A program made the translations under genes and the position numbers. Below are positions 63,343 through 64,000 of a DNA stretch of 64,000 nucleotides, piece after piece. The first letter of the stretch is position 1; the number at the start of each line of letters is the position of its first letter. The notes under the pieces were generated by a model. The model saw only the letters and a list, made by a program, of their open reading frames with translations, did no database searches and had not been told where the DNA came from. The stretch comes from Truepera sp. (lineage in GTDB: Bacteria; Deinococcota; Deinococci; Deinococcales; Trueperaceae), in the NCBI GenBank assembly GCA_965218435.1, contig CBDCKW010000009.1, forward strand, positions 2,944,001 to 3,008,000, read 5' to 3'.

Positions 63343-64000
63343 GACGGGCTGACCGGACTGCGGACGACGCGCGCCCTTTGTGCGCGGTGTCTGGGTAAAG
63401 AAAACCCAAAGCGGCTACCGAGGCCGGGGGTGCTTTCGGCCCAGACCCGCCCACCGTGCAGTTCACAAAGGCGCTTGGCCAGCGCCAAGCCCAGACCTGC
63501 ACCCCCTGCAGTCTGCCCCTCGAGAGCTTGCACGCGAAAAAAAGGCTGAAAGATATGCAGCAGGTCGTCCGGGCTGATACCCACGCCGTCATCTACGACT
63601 TCACAGCGAAGCTCGCCCGGGTTGGCTGTGAGCACGACCTCTAAACTCCCGCCCAGCGGCGTAAACTTGACCGCGTTTGACAAGTACGCACCCAAAATCT
63701 GCCCTACCCTTGGCGCGTCGGCGTAGAGCGTGACTGTCGGCTCACCTGAAACCTTGACGCTCAGCCCTTTGGTGTGCGCGTCTGTGCGCACAGTGCTGAG
63801 CACACGCGTTAAGACTGTTTCAAACGAGAACGGCTCACGGTAGAGCGTCAATTCACCGGACTCGAGCTGCGACAGGTCAATTAAGCCCTCGACGAGCGCG
63901 ACGAGTTGCGCACCCGAAGCCTGAATCAGCGCCAGATACTCGCGCTGTTCGGCGCTCAGCGCCGGATCGTCTTCTAAGAGCTGAGCGTACCCGATCACCG
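63339..64000 (-). CDS. Sensor histidine kinase, N-terminal part outside the window
   Basis: SNAVKFT, DDGVGI, IFQPF, GAGLGL. Confidence 0.9.
   Translation of the reverse strand, partial: VIGYAQLLEDDPALSAEQREYLALIQASGAQLVALVEGLIDLSQLESGELTLYREPFSFETVLTRVLSTVRTDAHTKGLSVKVSGEPTVTLYADAPRVGQILGAYLSNAVKFTPLGGSLEVVLTANPGELRCEVVDDGVGISPDDLLHIFQPFFRVQALEGQTAGGAGLGLALAKRLCELHGGRVWAESTPGLGSRFGFSLPRHRAQRARVVRSPVSPS

Overview
Bacterial chromosomal window, most likely Deinococcota (Truepera-like). The basis for that is inference from the Thermus-type ProRS, a Deinococcus/Thermus-type I-C repeat and many leaderless genes. The left 12 kb holds ilvE and a complete type I-C CRISPR-Cas locus (cas3-cas5c-cas8c-cas7-cas4-cas1-cas2) with an array of 18 identical 37-bp repeats, one altered terminal repeat and 18 spacers. 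The rest is mostly housekeeping and metabolic genes: proS, metG, recQ, a sugar ABC operon, mntH/mntR, recO, plsY, wecB, upp, lpdA, ispH, tRNA-Ile, nrnA and others. There are small AT-rich inserts around metG (an HTH-ImmA/IrrE + DUF4411 PIN pair and an orphan gene), an IS4 relic and a truncated P450-reductase gene. The main leads are: a highly structured ~185-nt 5' leader upstream of a beta-helix lipoprotein; three similar micro-proteins around a wHTH regulator and ABC exporter; an ATA start codon on cas3; an internally translated Cas11; a promoter-terminator mini-unit behind the array; and window-wide over-representation of CTCGAG. All calls come from manual reading, and no database searches were run.
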